A DNA stretch of 64,000 bases from Candidatus Omnitrophota bacterium (GTDB taxonomy: Bacteria; Ratteibacteria; UBA8468; MWAK01), in the NCBI GenBank assembly GCA_043826355.1, contig JBDRQI010000036.1, forward strand, positions 32,001 to 96,000. Reading direction: 5' to 3'. Below the pieces are notes generated by a model. The model saw only the letters and a program-made list of their open reading frames with translations, searched no databases and was not told the DNA's origin. Shown here one piece after another: positions 46,152 to 58,106 of this stretch. Position 1 is the stretch's first letter. Every line of letters starts with the position of its first letter. Position numbers and translations under genes: made by a program.

Positions 46152-48551
46152 ATGAAAATAATGAGCGCTTGCCGGATTAAGGTAACTGGCCTGGTGCAGG
46201 GCGTCGGATTCCGGCCCTTTGTCTACCGGCTTGCCTCCCGGCTCGCCCTTTCCGGATTTGTCCGCAACCAGCGGGATGGCGTTAGCATCCTGGCGGAAGG
46301 CCGGAAGAATATTCTTAAGAAGTTCCTTGACCGGTTGGAGCGCGAGGCGCCGCCGGCCAGCCAAATATTCCGGGTTGAAGTTAAGGAAGTCAGGCCGGTT
46401 GGGCGCCCTTCATTTAAAATAGAGGAAAGCCGCGGCAAAAAAGAGGGCAAACTGTTCGTGCCGCCGGATATCGCCGCCTGCCAAAACTGCCTGTCGGAAA
46501 TGGCCGACCCAACTGACCGGCGCTACCGATACCCTTTCATCAACTGCACCAATTGCGGACCCCGTTACTCCATCATCAAAGACCTGCCTTACGACCGCCC
46601 CAGAACCGTAATGGCTCAATTCCGGCTCTGCCAAAACTGCGGCCGCGAGTACCGGGACCCGGCTGACCGGCGCTACCACGCTGAGCCGGTTGCCTGTCCG
46701 GTCTGCGGCCCGGAAATATCTCTCCGGCATAAAAACAGAACGGTCGCAACCGGGGATGCGGCAACCAGGAAAGCGCTCGCGCTGATTAAGCAAGGCAAAA
46801 TAATCGCGGTCAAGGGCATCGGCGGTTTTCACCTGATTTGCGACGCCGCAAATGAAGCGGCGGTAAAGCGGCTGCGCCGGCGGAAGAAGCGCCCGTTCAA
46901 ACCCCTGGCTCTGATGGCCGAATCTGCGAAAACGGTCAGGCGGTATGCCCTCCTTTCTGCCGAAGCGGAAAAGTTGCTGACCGGTCCTTGCCGACCTATT
47001 TTGCTTCTGCGGAAGAGACCCGGCCAGAATGACTTACCGGAATCGTTATCTCCGGATAATAATTATTACGGTTTTTTCCTCGCTTATGCACCGCTCCATT
47101 TTCTGCTCCTGGAAATCGGGCCAAAGGTGTTGGTCGCAACCAGCGCCAACCTGTCCGAGGAGCCGGTTACCTGCGACGATAAAGAAGCAGAAGAGAAACT
47201 GGCCGGAATTGCCGACTATTTCCTGACGCATAATCGGAAGATTGTCAACCGGTCGGATGATTCGATAATATTACCGGTAAACTCCCCCTTCCCTCGCCCC
47301 TCCCGCCAGGGGAGGGAAATCACTCAAACTTTGCGGGGAAGGGTGCCCTTTCCAAAGCTCTGGAAAGGGGATGTATGCAGGTGGGGGAGCATATTTATCC
47401 GGCGGAGCCGCGGCTACGCTCCCCTGCCCATTATCACCGGGGTTAAATTTCCGGCCAGCCTTGCTTTCGGCGCAGAGGAGAAGGGAACTTTTGCCTTTGC
47501 GTCCGGACATACGGTCTTTCCCTCGCCTTATCTCGGCGACCTGAAGAACTACGAAAACCTCCAATTTTTTGAAAAAACACTGGATTGTTACGGGCGCTTC
47601 TTCCGCATTAAACCGGAGTTTTTGGTTGCGGACCTGCATCCGGATTATCAGAGCCGGCGCAGCGCCGAGAAGACGGCGAAGAAAAAAAAATTACCGCTCT
47701 TTCTGGTTCAGCATCACCAGGCGCACGTCGCTTCGGTTCTGGCGGAATATAACCTTAAAGAACCGGTTATCGGCGTCGTCTTTGACGGCACCGGATACGG
47801 CACAGACAAAACGCTCTGGGGCGGCGAATTCTTCTGCGGAAATCAGCAGAAGATGAAACGGGTCGGCCGCCTTCTTCCTTTTCCCCTGCCCGGCGGAGAC
47901 CAAGCGGTATTGCAGCCCTGGCGCATTGCGCTCAGCCTGCTTCATTCCGCTTTCGGGTCAAAAATACCGGATTTAAAATCTTTGAAAAAGATAGACCGGA
48001 ATCAAAAAATTGCTGTCCTGGAAACGCTGAATAATGACTATCCGTTCATCGAAACTTCCAGCGCGGGCCGGCTTTTTGACGCCGTCTCCAGTCTCCTGGG
48101 ACTTTGCCACCAGCAGACTTATGACGCCCAGGCGCCGATACGCCTGCAGACTGCGGCCGAAAAAGCAGAGTCCCGATTAACACAGCTTAAACCGTACCCT
48201 TTTACCCTGGAAAAGGACGAGGTTCTTCGCGTTGATTGGAAACCGATAATTACGGAAATAGCCGGAGAATTAGAGACGGAAAAAAGTACGGAAATAATTG
48301 CGGCGCGGTTTCATCTGACCGTTGCGGAAATTATCGAATCAGTTTGTCTTAGACTCTCCCGAAAGGGTAAAATAAATAAAGTTGTCCTGGCCGGCGGCGT
48401 ATTTCAAAATCAACTGCTCTTAAAACTGACCCGGGAAAAACTTTCAGCCGTCGGGTTTTCCGTATTCGTGCCGGAAAAACTGCCCATTAACGACGCGGGA
48501 ATCTGTCTGGGGCAGTTGTTAATCGCAAAAAACCTATGTGCCTCGCGATAA
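46152..48551 (+). CDS. hypF: Carbamoyltransferase HypF (with in-frame palindrome insertion)
   Basis: GLVQGVGFRPFVY, CTNCGPRY, KGIGGFHL, QHHQAH, SSAGRLFDA. Confidence 0.97.
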   Translation: MKIMSACRIKVTGLVQGVGFRPFVYRLASRLALSGFVRNQRDGVSILAEGRKNILKKFLDRLEREAPPASQIFRVEVKEVRPVGRPSFKIEESRGKKEGKLFVPPDIAACQNCLSEMADPTDRRYRYPFINCTNCGPRYSIIKDLPYDRPRTVMAQFRLCQNCGREYRDPADRRYHAEPVACPVCGPEISLRHKNRTVATGDAATRKALALIKQGKIIAVKGIGGFHLICDAANEAAVKRLRRRKKRPFKPLALMAESAKTVRRYALLSAEAEKLLTGPCRPILLLRKRPGQNDLPESLSPDNNYYGFFLAYAPLHFLLLEIGPKVLVATSANLSEEPVTCDDKEAEEKLAGIADYFLTHNRKIVNRSDDSIILPVNSPFPRPSRQGREITQTLRGRVPFPKLWKGDVCRWGSIFIRRSRGYAPLPIITGVKFPASLAFGAEEKGTFAFASGHTVFPSPYLGDLKNYENLQFFEKTLDCYGRFFRIKPEFLVADLHPDYQSRRSAEKTAKKKKLPLFLVQHHQAHVASVLAEYNLKEPVIGVVFDGTGYGTDKTLWGGEFFCGNQQKMKRVGRLLPFPLPGGDQAVLQPWRIALSLLHSAFGSKIPDLKSLKKIDRNQKIAVLETLNNDYPFIETSSAGRLFDAVSSLLGLCHQQTYDAQAPIRLQTAAEKAESRLTQLKPYPFTLEKDEVLRVDWKPIITEIAGELETEKSTEIIAARFHLTVAEIIESVCLRLSRKGKINKVVLAGGVFQNQLLLKLTREKLSAVGFSVFVPEKLPINDAGICLGQLLIAKNLCASR

Positions 48552-48760
48552 TTGGCAAAGTGATTGAAATACAAGAGCCGATCGGACCGGGCGCTTTTCC
48601 GCAGGGATTAGTGGACGTATTAGGCATCCGGCGCACGGTCAGTTTCGGCCTGCTGCCTTCGGCGATAAAAGGCGATTATGTCCTGATTCACGCCGGCTTT
48701 GCCATCCAGAAACTGGAACCGAAAGACGCGAAAAAAACGTTGAAGTTGTTAAAAATGTAG
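48536..48760 (+). CDS. hypC: HypC chaperone
   Basis: MCLAI, GDYVLIHAGFAI. Confidence 0.95.
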   Translation: MCLAIIGKVIEIQEPIGPGAFPQGLVDVLGIRRTVSFGLLPSAIKGDYVLIHAGFAIQKLEPKDAKKTLKLLKM

Positions 48761-48827
48761 GGGCTTGATTCATCAAGCCAGGGGCCGAATGTCGTAGATC
48801 CGCCTCAGGCGGGAATCCGACCCCTGC
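48757..48827. repeat. GTAG-type REP doublet with nested insert; supplies the hypC stop
   Basis: Near-identical to 29515-29586. Confidence 0.8.
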
Positions 48828-48834
48828 AAAAATT

Positions 48835-49956
48835 ATGATTAAAAAAATCCTGACAGAAATCCGGGCGCTGGCCGGCCAAAGACCAATCTCCATTATGGAG
48901 GTCTGCGGCACGCACACCGTTGCGGTTTACCGCAGCGGAATCGCCGGTCTGCTGCCCAAAAACCTGCGGCTTATCTCCGGACCAGGCTGCCCGGTTTGCG
49001 TAACTTCCGAATCGGACTTTTACCGCTTCTTCGTCTTAAGCCGGAAAAAGGGAGTGATCATCACCACCTTCGGAGACCTGTTGCGCGTACCCTTTACCCC
49101 CTTACCCGTCCCTCTCCCCCAGGGGGAGATGATTAATGTGAGGGGAAAAAAGGAAATTTCCATGCAATCAAGTCTGGAAAAAGAGAGGGCAAAAGGCGCT
49201 GACATCCGTATCGTTTACAGCCCGATGGATGCGCTCACAATCGCGGGAGAAAACCCCGGGAAAAACGTTATCTTCCTGGGGGTCGGATTCGAAACGACTG
49301 CGCCGGCGATTGCGGGTGCGGTTCTGGAGGCAAAACGAAACGGGTTGAAAAATTTTTTCCTTATTTCAGCGCTCAAAACGATTCCGGCGGCAATGGAAGC
49401 GCTCTTGAATTTTCCCGGGATACGGATTGACGGCTATCTCTGCCCGGGCCACGTGAGCGTAATTATCGGCTCCCGCCCCTACCGGTTTATATCGGAAAAG
49501 TACCTTCGGCCGGCGGTCATCGCCGGTTTTCAGCCGGAAGATATCCTGGAAGGATTACTGCTTGTCTTGAAGCAGATTAAAAGCGGTAAACCAAAAGTGG
49601 AGATACAATACCGCGCGGCGGTGCGTCCGGAAGGAAACGAGGTTGCCCGGAATCTTATCCAACGGGTCTTTGCAGAGGGACCGGCTTCCTGGCGCGGTCT
49701 GGGCGTAATTCCGAAGACCGGCTTGAAATTAAGAGCGGAATTTCAGCAATTTGACGGGCAAAAACATTTCCGGCTGGCTGAAGGCAAAATCGTCAGGCCA
49801 AACCCGGCCTGCCGGTGCGGAGAAGTAATCACCGGAGCCATCACGCCGGAAGACTGCCGGCAGTTCCGCCGGAAATGCACGCCGGAGAAACCGCTGGGAC
49901 CATGCATGGTCAGCGTGGAAGGAACCTGCGCCGCGCATTATAAATATAATAAATAA
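48835..49956 (+). CDS. hypD: HypD (with in-frame palindrome insertion)
   Basis: MEVCGTHT, GPGCPVC, GFETT, PGHVS, GPCMVS.EG.C. Confidence 0.97.
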   Translation: MIKKILTEIRALAGQRPISIMEVCGTHTVAVYRSGIAGLLPKNLRLISGPGCPVCVTSESDFYRFFVLSRKKGVIITTFGDLLRVPFTPLPVPLPQGEMINVRGKKEISMQSSLEKERAKGADIRIVYSPMDALTIAGENPGKNVIFLGVGFETTAPAIAGAVLEAKRNGLKNFFLISALKTIPAAMEALLNFPGIRIDGYLCPGHVSVIIGSRPYRFISEKYLRPAVIAGFQPEDILEGLLLVLKQIKSGKPKVEIQYRAAVRPEGNEVARNLIQRVFAEGPASWRGLGVIPKTGLKLRAEFQQFDGQKHFRLAEGKIVRPNPACRCGEVITGAITPEDCRQFRRKCTPEKPLGPCMVSVEGTCAAHYKYNK

Positions 49957-49957
49957 T

Positions 49958-50959
49958 ATGGCGGATACGATAACTCTGGGACACGGAAGCGGCGGTAAGC
50001 TCAGCGCCGAATTAATCCGGGAATTTCTCAAACCGCTGGGCAACCCGATTCTCAACCGGCTTGAGGACAGCGCCGTCTTTTCGCTCTGCGGAAAGACGGC
50101 CTTCACCACCGATTCGTTTGTGGTCCAGCCGCTCTTCTTTCCCGGAGGCGATATCGGCTCTCTTTCCGTCTCCGGTACCATAAACGACCTGGTCAGCGTC
50201 GGCGCTTCACCGCTCTACCTCTCCCTGGCGCTCATCATTGAAGAAGATTTCAGCCGGACGGACCTGAAGAAAATTATCTATTCCGCAGCCCGGACCGCAG
50301 AGCAGGCAGGCGTTAAGATAGTTACCGGCGATACCAAGGTGGTGGACAGGGGCAAAGCCCACGGACTCTTTATCACCACCAGCGGCTGCGGCCTTATTCC
50401 GGATAATGTCGTTCTCGGACGCAGCAAGATAAAGACTGGAGACGCGGTGCTGGTCAACGGACCAGTCGGCGACCACGCGGCCGCAGTGATGCTGGCACGA
50501 AACGAGTTTTCTTTTTCCGGCAAGATCAAGAGCGATGCGGCGCCGTTAAACGGCCTGGTCAGCCGTCTCCTCTCCCGGCTTAAGACTACCCGCTTTATCC
50601 GGGATATCACCCGGGGCGGCCTGGCCACAATCCTCTCGGAGGTTTCCGATGAGATGGACTGGGGAATCGAATTAAACGAAATGGAGATACCTTTACGCCG
50701 GGAAGTTGTCGGCGTTGCCGAAATACTGGGATTGGACCCGCTTTACTTCGCCTGCGAAGGAAAAATGGCGTTCTTTGTAGCCGAAGAAGAAGCAAAAGAA
50801 GCATTACGTTTACTGCGGAAAGACCCGCTGGGAAAAAGCGCGGCCATTATCGGAAAGGTTGTGGCGGAACCAGCCGGACGGACTATCCTGCGCACGCGGA
50901 TTTCCGGAACGCGTCTGCTGGAACCATTTTCCGGCGACCAATTACCAAGGATTTGTTGA
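49958..50959 (+). CDS. hypE: HypE
   Basis: HGSGG, FTTDSFVV, GDTKVV, C-terminal LPRIC. Confidence 0.97.
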   Translation: MADTITLGHGSGGKLSAELIREFLKPLGNPILNRLEDSAVFSLCGKTAFTTDSFVVQPLFFPGGDIGSLSVSGTINDLVSVGASPLYLSLALIIEEDFSRTDLKKIIYSAARTAEQAGVKIVTGDTKVVDRGKAHGLFITTSGCGLIPDNVVLGRSKIKTGDAVLVNGPVGDHAAAVMLARNEFSFSGKIKSDAAPLNGLVSRLLSRLKTTRFIRDITRGGLATILSEVSDEMDWGIELNEMEIPLRREVVGVAEILGLDPLYFACEGKMAFFVAEEEAKEALRLLRKDPLGKSAAIIGKVVAEPAGRTILRTRISGTRLLEPFSGDQLPRIC

Positions 50960-51042
50960 CAAACATTCATCCCCTCCCTTGGCTGAGCGGGCTTTGCCCG
51001 CCGAAGCTTTCGCGAAGGCGGGAGGGGTAAGGGAAGGGTGTA

Positions 51043-53324
<2,282 letters not shown>

Positions 53325-53419
53325 TATAAAAATCCACTTTCGCGCATTACGGATGCCTCGTAAATGGGCGGCTTATCCGCCGCTCGGCATCCGGGCTATG
53401 GCGGGCATAAGGAGGTTTT

Positions 53420-53509
53420 ATGAAAAAGAATCTTTTCTGGGTTGCGGTTGTGCTGCTTTACGCCGTTATCCTTGCCGGCTGTTCCGTCGGCTGGTCAATC
53501 GGCAAGTAA
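53420..53509 (+). CDS. 29-aa putative micro-lipoprotein (not in ORF track)
   Basis: AAGGAGG RBS; MKKNLFWVAVVLLYAVILAGCSVGWSIGK* with lipobox LAGC. Confidence 0.7.
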   Translation: MKKNLFWVAVVLLYAVILAGCSVGWSIGK

Positions 53510-53549
53510 TTTTATCATCACGCAAAAAATAGTCCGGAGTGATGACGCT

Positions 53550-54515
53550 ATGGAGCAAAAAGAGATTAAGAGCGAAGAATTGGATACGGATAAATTTATT
53601 GCGGAAAAGGTTGAGGAAATCTCCGGAACGGTTGGAGACGGAATTGCCATTACCGCCCTTTCCGGCGGAGTTGATTCGGCGGTGGTCACTGTTCTGGGAC
53701 ATAAAGCCCTGGACGTCAAACTCAAAACCTATTTTGTGGAAAATGGTTTAATGCGGCAGGATGAAGCCCGGAGGATCACTGAACTTTTTAAAGAATTTGG
53801 AATTCCCGTTGAGACAGTCGATGCGAAAAAAGAATTTTTTGACGCCCTGAAAGGTAACGTTGACCCGGAAGAAAAGAGAGAAGCGATTACCCAGACTTTC
53901 TACAAAAAGGTCTTTGGACGGCTGGTCGCGGAAAGCGGAGCAAAACATCTCTTACAGGGAACCATCTTGACCGACATAGACGAAACAGTAGCCGGAGTTA
54001 AACGACAGCATAATGTCTTTGAGCAGTTGGGCATAGACCCCCGGAAAGCATTCGGTTACCAGATTCTGGAACCCCTGCGGCAAATCCGTAAAGACGGGGT
54101 AAGAAAGGTTGCCCGGGCGCTTAGCCTGCCGGAATCAATTTATAACCGGATGCCCTTCCCCGGTCCGGCTCTGGCGGCGCGGGTAATTGGAGAAGTTACA
54201 CTGGAAAAGGTAGAACTGGTCAGAAAAGCGACCGTTGTCGTTGAAGAAGAACTGGCCGGCACGGAAGCGTTCCAGTATCTGGCGATTTTACACCAGGACA
54301 AAGTTACCGGAATGCGTAATGGAAAAAGAGATTTCGGCCTGCAGATTGAAATCAGGTGCTGGAGCAGCCTTGACGCAAGAACAGCGGCGCCAACCAGATT
54401 GGCCTGGGAGAAACTGGAGAAGCTTGGAAGCAGAATGACGACCGAGGTACCCGGTGTGGTTAGTGTGACATATAATATAGCGGCAAAACCGCCGTCAACG
54501 ATGGAAGCAATTTAA
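53550..54515 (+). CDS. Stand-alone GMP synthase ATP-pyrophosphatase (subunit B-like)
   Basis: ALSGGVDS, DPEEKR, LQGT, HNV, PFPGPALAAR, KPPSTME; no glutaminase domain. Confidence 0.88.
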   Translation: MEQKEIKSEELDTDKFIAEKVEEISGTVGDGIAITALSGGVDSAVVTVLGHKALDVKLKTYFVENGLMRQDEARRITELFKEFGIPVETVDAKKEFFDALKGNVDPEEKREAITQTFYKKVFGRLVAESGAKHLLQGTILTDIDETVAGVKRQHNVFEQLGIDPRKAFGYQILEPLRQIRKDGVRKVARALSLPESIYNRMPFPGPALAARVIGEVTLEKVELVRKATVVVEEELAGTEAFQYLAILHQDKVTGMRNGKRDFGLQIEIRCWSSLDARTAAPTRLAWEKLEKLGSRMTTEVPGVVSVTYNIAAKPPSTMEAI

Positions 54516-54526
54516 AGCAGGAAAAA

Positions 54527-54823
54527 TTAGATTATGTGAGAGGGAAGGTTGTAACCGGGCTTGAAGAACTCCTTGATTGAAAACTGGCCGTGTTTGACCG
54601 AGGAAAAGACAAGGAGGGCAAGCAGGATTGCGGTCAAGGCAAAAAAGATTGATTTCACGTCCGGCCGGATATTCAACGCCGCGATTCCCAGGAGAATGAG
54701 CAGGAGCGGCCAGAGCCGTGAAATTATATCCCAGTTAAAGTTCAGAGACCGGAGGTTGTCCAGAAAAAAAAGGCTCCCGAGAAAAAGAAGGAAAAGACCG
54801 AGAATAAGATGTTTGGGTTTCAT
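54527..54823 (-). CDS. LiaF/DUF5668-like membrane protein
   Basis: GLFLLFLGSLFFLDN...LWPLLLILLG. Confidence 0.7.
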   Translation of the reverse strand: MKPKHLILGLFLLFLGSLFFLDNLRSLNFNWDIISRLWPLLLILLGIAALNIRPDVKSIFFALTAILLALLVFSSVKHGQFSIKEFFKPGYNLPSHII

Positions 54824-55251
54824 TTTTTGCCGGATTTCCAGAGAATGGCGAGGCCGACAATAATCAAGAGCAGGGGCCAGAATCTATTGAGCCGGCAAAC
54901 CGGCAGAAAGTTCTCCGCCAGAAAAATAACGCCCAGGCCGAGCAGGATAATCCCGCCAAAGAGGTTGTGTTTCTTCATTACTCTGACTGATTCCTCTGTT
55001 TTTGACGGTTCGCTCACTACCTCTTCCCGGCCACCCGGAGTAATAACCTCAACAGTACCCTCCTCTTTTTTCCTTACCGGCAGTACCAGCCAGAGGATAA
55101 TGTAGGCCAGCAACCCGATACCGCTCAAGAGGAAGAGGACGACGAAGATGACCCGCACCAGAACCGGGTCAACGTTGAAATATTCGGCCAGACCGCCGCA
55201 AATTCCGGCGATGCGGCGTTCCGTGGGAGAACGGTAAAGACGTTTTTCCAT
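54820..55251 (-). CDS. PspC-domain membrane protein
   Basis: KRLYRS...IAGICGGLAEYFNVDPVLVR. Confidence 0.9.
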   Translation of the reverse strand: MEKRLYRSPTERRIAGICGGLAEYFNVDPVLVRVIFVVLFLLSGIGLLAYIILWLVLPVRKKEEGTVEVITPGGREEVVSEPSKTEESVRVMKKHNLFGGIILLGLGVIFLAENFLPVCRLNRFWPLLLIIVGLAILWKSGKK

Positions 55252-55294
55252 AAGAATCTGGATTCCCACTTAATACATGCGGGAATGACAACCT

Positions 55295-55870
55295 TTAGAA
55301 GTTTTCGGCGAGGAGCTCGTAGTACGCCTGCGGGTGTTTGCAGGCCGGGCATTCTTTCGGCGCTTGGGCGCCCTCAAAAACATAACCGCAGTTGGCACAG
55401 TGCCATTTTACCGGAGCCGGTTTCCGGAAAACCTCGCCTTTCTCTATATTCTCAATTAGTTTCCGGTACCGTGCTTCGTGAAACCTTTCCACTTTGGCAA
55501 TCTCGGCAAAAGAACGTGCGACCTCCGGAAATCCCTCGTCCCCGGCAATCTTGCCAAAATCTGCGTAGAGGGTGGTCCATTCCAGTCTTTCGCCGGACGC
55601 AGCCGCTTCCAGATTTGTTTTGGTATCCTTAATCATTCCGGCCGGATAGGCCGCGGTGATTTCGACATCGCCGCCTTCCAGGTGCTTGAAGAATACCTTG
55701 GCGTGTTCTTTCTCGTTGTTGGCTGTTTCGATAAATATGTTGGCTATCTGTTCATAACCTTCCTTGCGGGCGACACCGGCGAAATAGGTATACCGGTTGC
55801 GCGCCTGGGATTCACCGGCAAACGCCTTAAGCAAGTTCTTCTCCGTCTGTGTTCCTTTAAGTAATGCCAT
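55295..55870 (-). CDS. rbr: Rubrerythrin
   Basis: AFAGESQARNRY, EKEHAK, CANCGY...CPAC.HP. Confidence 0.96.
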   Translation of the reverse strand: MALLKGTQTEKNLLKAFAGESQARNRYTYFAGVARKEGYEQIANIFIETANNEKEHAKVFFKHLEGGDVEITAAYPAGMIKDTKTNLEAAASGERLEWTTLYADFGKIAGDEGFPEVARSFAEIAKVERFHEARYRKLIENIEKGEVFRKPAPVKWHCANCGYVFEGAQAPKECPACKHPQAYYELLAENF

Positions 55871-55950
55871 AGGGCCTCCATTAATCTTTCGGGTCGGATA
55901 AATCCGACCCCACATTTCAGGATAAGTATTTTACCATTATTCCGGCTAAA

Positions 55951-55980
55951 TTGCAAGTATATTTGGCGATAAGGTATAAT
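55951..55980 (+). promoter_or_regulatory. Sigma70-type promoter for the trpS operon
   Basis: TTGCAA-18 nt-TATAAT. Confidence 0.6.
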
Positions 55981-55990
55981 ATAAAACTAA

Positions 55991-56992
55991 ATGGAAGAAA
56001 AAATGAAACGGGTTTTCAGCGGCATGCGGCCGACCGGAAAATTACACCTGGGGCACCTGGCCGGCGCACTTACCAATTGGATAAATCTTCAGGACAGGTA
56101 CGAGTGTTTTTACGAAATGGCGGACCTGCACGCCCTGACAACCGACTATCAGAATCCGTTCGGCATCCGGGAAAACATGACCGAAATGCTCCTGGACTTC
56201 TTCGCCTTCGGCCTGAATCCGAAAAAGGCAACCGTCTTTGTCCAATCAAAGATACCGGAGATTTCAGAACTGCATCTTTTGCTGTCGATGTTTACACCGC
56301 TGGGCTGGCTGGAGCGCTGTCCGACTTATAAAGAACAGGTGACCCAGTTAAAGGACAAAGAAATAACCAATTACGGTTTTCTGGGTTATCCGGTTCTGCA
56401 GACCGCCGACATCATCTCGGTAAAGGCGGAAAAGGTACCGGTGGGCGAAGACCAGATACCGCACCTGGAACTGGCGCGGGAGATTGTCCGCCGTTTTAAT
56501 CATCTTTACGGAGAGCTCTTCCCGGAACCGGAAGCGATCCTGACCGCCACTCCGAAACTGCTGGGAACCGACGGCCGAAAGATGAGCAAGTCATACGAAA
56601 ACGCAATCTTTCTTTCCGATGCGCCGGAGGATATCAGGAAGAAATTAGCGACGATGTTTACCGACCCGTTACGGCCATACCGCAAGGACCCGGGCCATCC
56701 GGACGCCTGCCCGGTCTTCGGTATCCATCTTTTATATAATCAGGCAAACAGCCTGAGTATCAAAAACGACTGTGTATCTGCAAAATTAGGCTGCACCGAA
56801 TGCAAAAAAAACCTGACTGAGGTCCTGATTCAATATCTGGCCCCCTATCAGAAGGAGCGTGAGAAGTTAATAAAAGATACGGCGGGATTTAGCAGAATTA
56901 TTGAACGGGGCAACGAAAAAACCCGGCAGATAGTTTCGGAAGTCCTGGCGGAAGCAAAAAGAAAGATGGGTCTTTATGGATTTGTCTCGTGA
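55991..56992 (+). CDS. trpS: Tryptophanyl-tRNA synthetase
   Basis: SGMRPTGKLHLGH, YPVLQTADI, VPVGEDQ, KMSKS. Confidence 0.97.
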   Translation: MEEKMKRVFSGMRPTGKLHLGHLAGALTNWINLQDRYECFYEMADLHALTTDYQNPFGIRENMTEMLLDFFAFGLNPKKATVFVQSKIPEISELHLLLSMFTPLGWLERCPTYKEQVTQLKDKEITNYGFLGYPVLQTADIISVKAEKVPVGEDQIPHLELAREIVRRFNHLYGELFPEPEAILTATPKLLGTDGRKMSKSYENAIFLSDAPEDIRKKLATMFTDPLRPYRKDPGHPDACPVFGIHLLYNQANSLSIKNDCVSAKLGCTECKKNLTEVLIQYLAPYQKEREKLIKDTAGFSRIIERGNEKTRQIVSEVLAEAKRKMGLYGFVS

Positions 56993-58101
56993 CAAACCCC
57001 ATGGATACTAAAAACCTTGTCAAGCAGCAGGTAAGGGGAATCTGTCCTTACCGCCCCGGAAAACCGATTGCGGTTCTCCTGAAGGAGAAGGGACTGGAGC
57101 GGGCGTTCAAACTTGCCTCAAATGAAAATCCGCTGGGGTCTTCCCCGCTTGCGCTGAAAGCGGTCAGGGAGGGTCTTTCCCAACTTAACCGTTACCCGGA
57201 AGGCAGCGGGCCGGCTTTACGCGGAAAACTGGCGCAGATTCACGGCGTCAGGCCCGAAGAGACCATCCTGGGCAACGGCAGCAGCGAGGTTTTATCCCTG
57301 GCGCTCTTGACCTTCCTGAACCCGGGTGAAGAAGTAATCCTGCCGGAACCGACCTTTACCATTTATGAAATTTTAGTCCTGATGTGCTGCGGTGTACCGA
57401 TAAAGGTACCGCTTAACTCTGATTTCAGTTACAACCCGGACCGGATGGCGAAAGCGGTTACCGGAAAGACCAAGTTCCTCTTCCTGACCAGTCCCAATAA
57501 CCCGACCGGCACCATTATCAAAAAGAATGAGTTGACCGGACTTTTGAATGAACTGCCGAAAGAGGTAATCGTCGTCCTTGATGAAGCATACGCCGAATAC
57601 GTTGAGAGCCTGGATTTTACAAGCGGAATCTCGCTCTTTTCCGGAAGACACCTGATTGTAGCCCGAACTTTCTCCAAATTGTACGGCCTGGCCGGCCTGC
57701 GCATCGGATACGGTATCGCTGCCGCCGCCATCATTGAAGAAATGAATAAAATTCGGCCGCCGTTCAATACTACTATCCCCGGCCAGCTGGCCGCAGCCGC
57801 AGCCCTGGAGGATAAAGAATTTGTAGCCAGAAGCCTGGAGAACAACCGGACGGGCAAGAAATACCTGTACCAGAGCCTTTCCAAACTAAAAGTGGCTTAC
57901 GTTCCGACTGAAGCAAATTTCATCCTGATTGACCTGGCAAAGGATGCGCCGAAGATCTGCAGCCAGCTTGAAGACAAGGGAGTTATCGTCCGGCCGGTTG
58001 ATAACCCGGCAATGAAAGAACGATATGTCCGGCTCACCATTGGTACGCCGGAAGAGAACACGCTGTTTTTGAAATCGCTGACGGAAATATTAAACGGGTA
58101 A
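56989..58101 (+). CDS. hisC: Histidinol-phosphate aminotransferase
   Basis: KLASNENP, PNNPTG, DEAY, RTFSKLYGLAGLRIGY. Confidence 0.94.
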   Translation: MTNPMDTKNLVKQQVRGICPYRPGKPIAVLLKEKGLERAFKLASNENPLGSSPLALKAVREGLSQLNRYPEGSGPALRGKLAQIHGVRPEETILGNGSSEVLSLALLTFLNPGEEVILPEPTFTIYEILVLMCCGVPIKVPLNSDFSYNPDRMAKAVTGKTKFLFLTSPNNPTGTIIKKNELTGLLNELPKEVIVVLDEAYAEYVESLDFTSGISLFSGRHLIVARTFSKLYGLAGLRIGYGIAAAAIIEEMNKIRPPFNTTIPGQLAAAAALEDKEFVARSLENNRTGKKYLYQSLSKLKVAYVPTEANFILIDLAKDAPKICSQLEDKGVIVRPVDNPAMKERYVRLTIGTPEENTLFLKSLTEILNG

Positions 58102-58106
58102 GCAAT

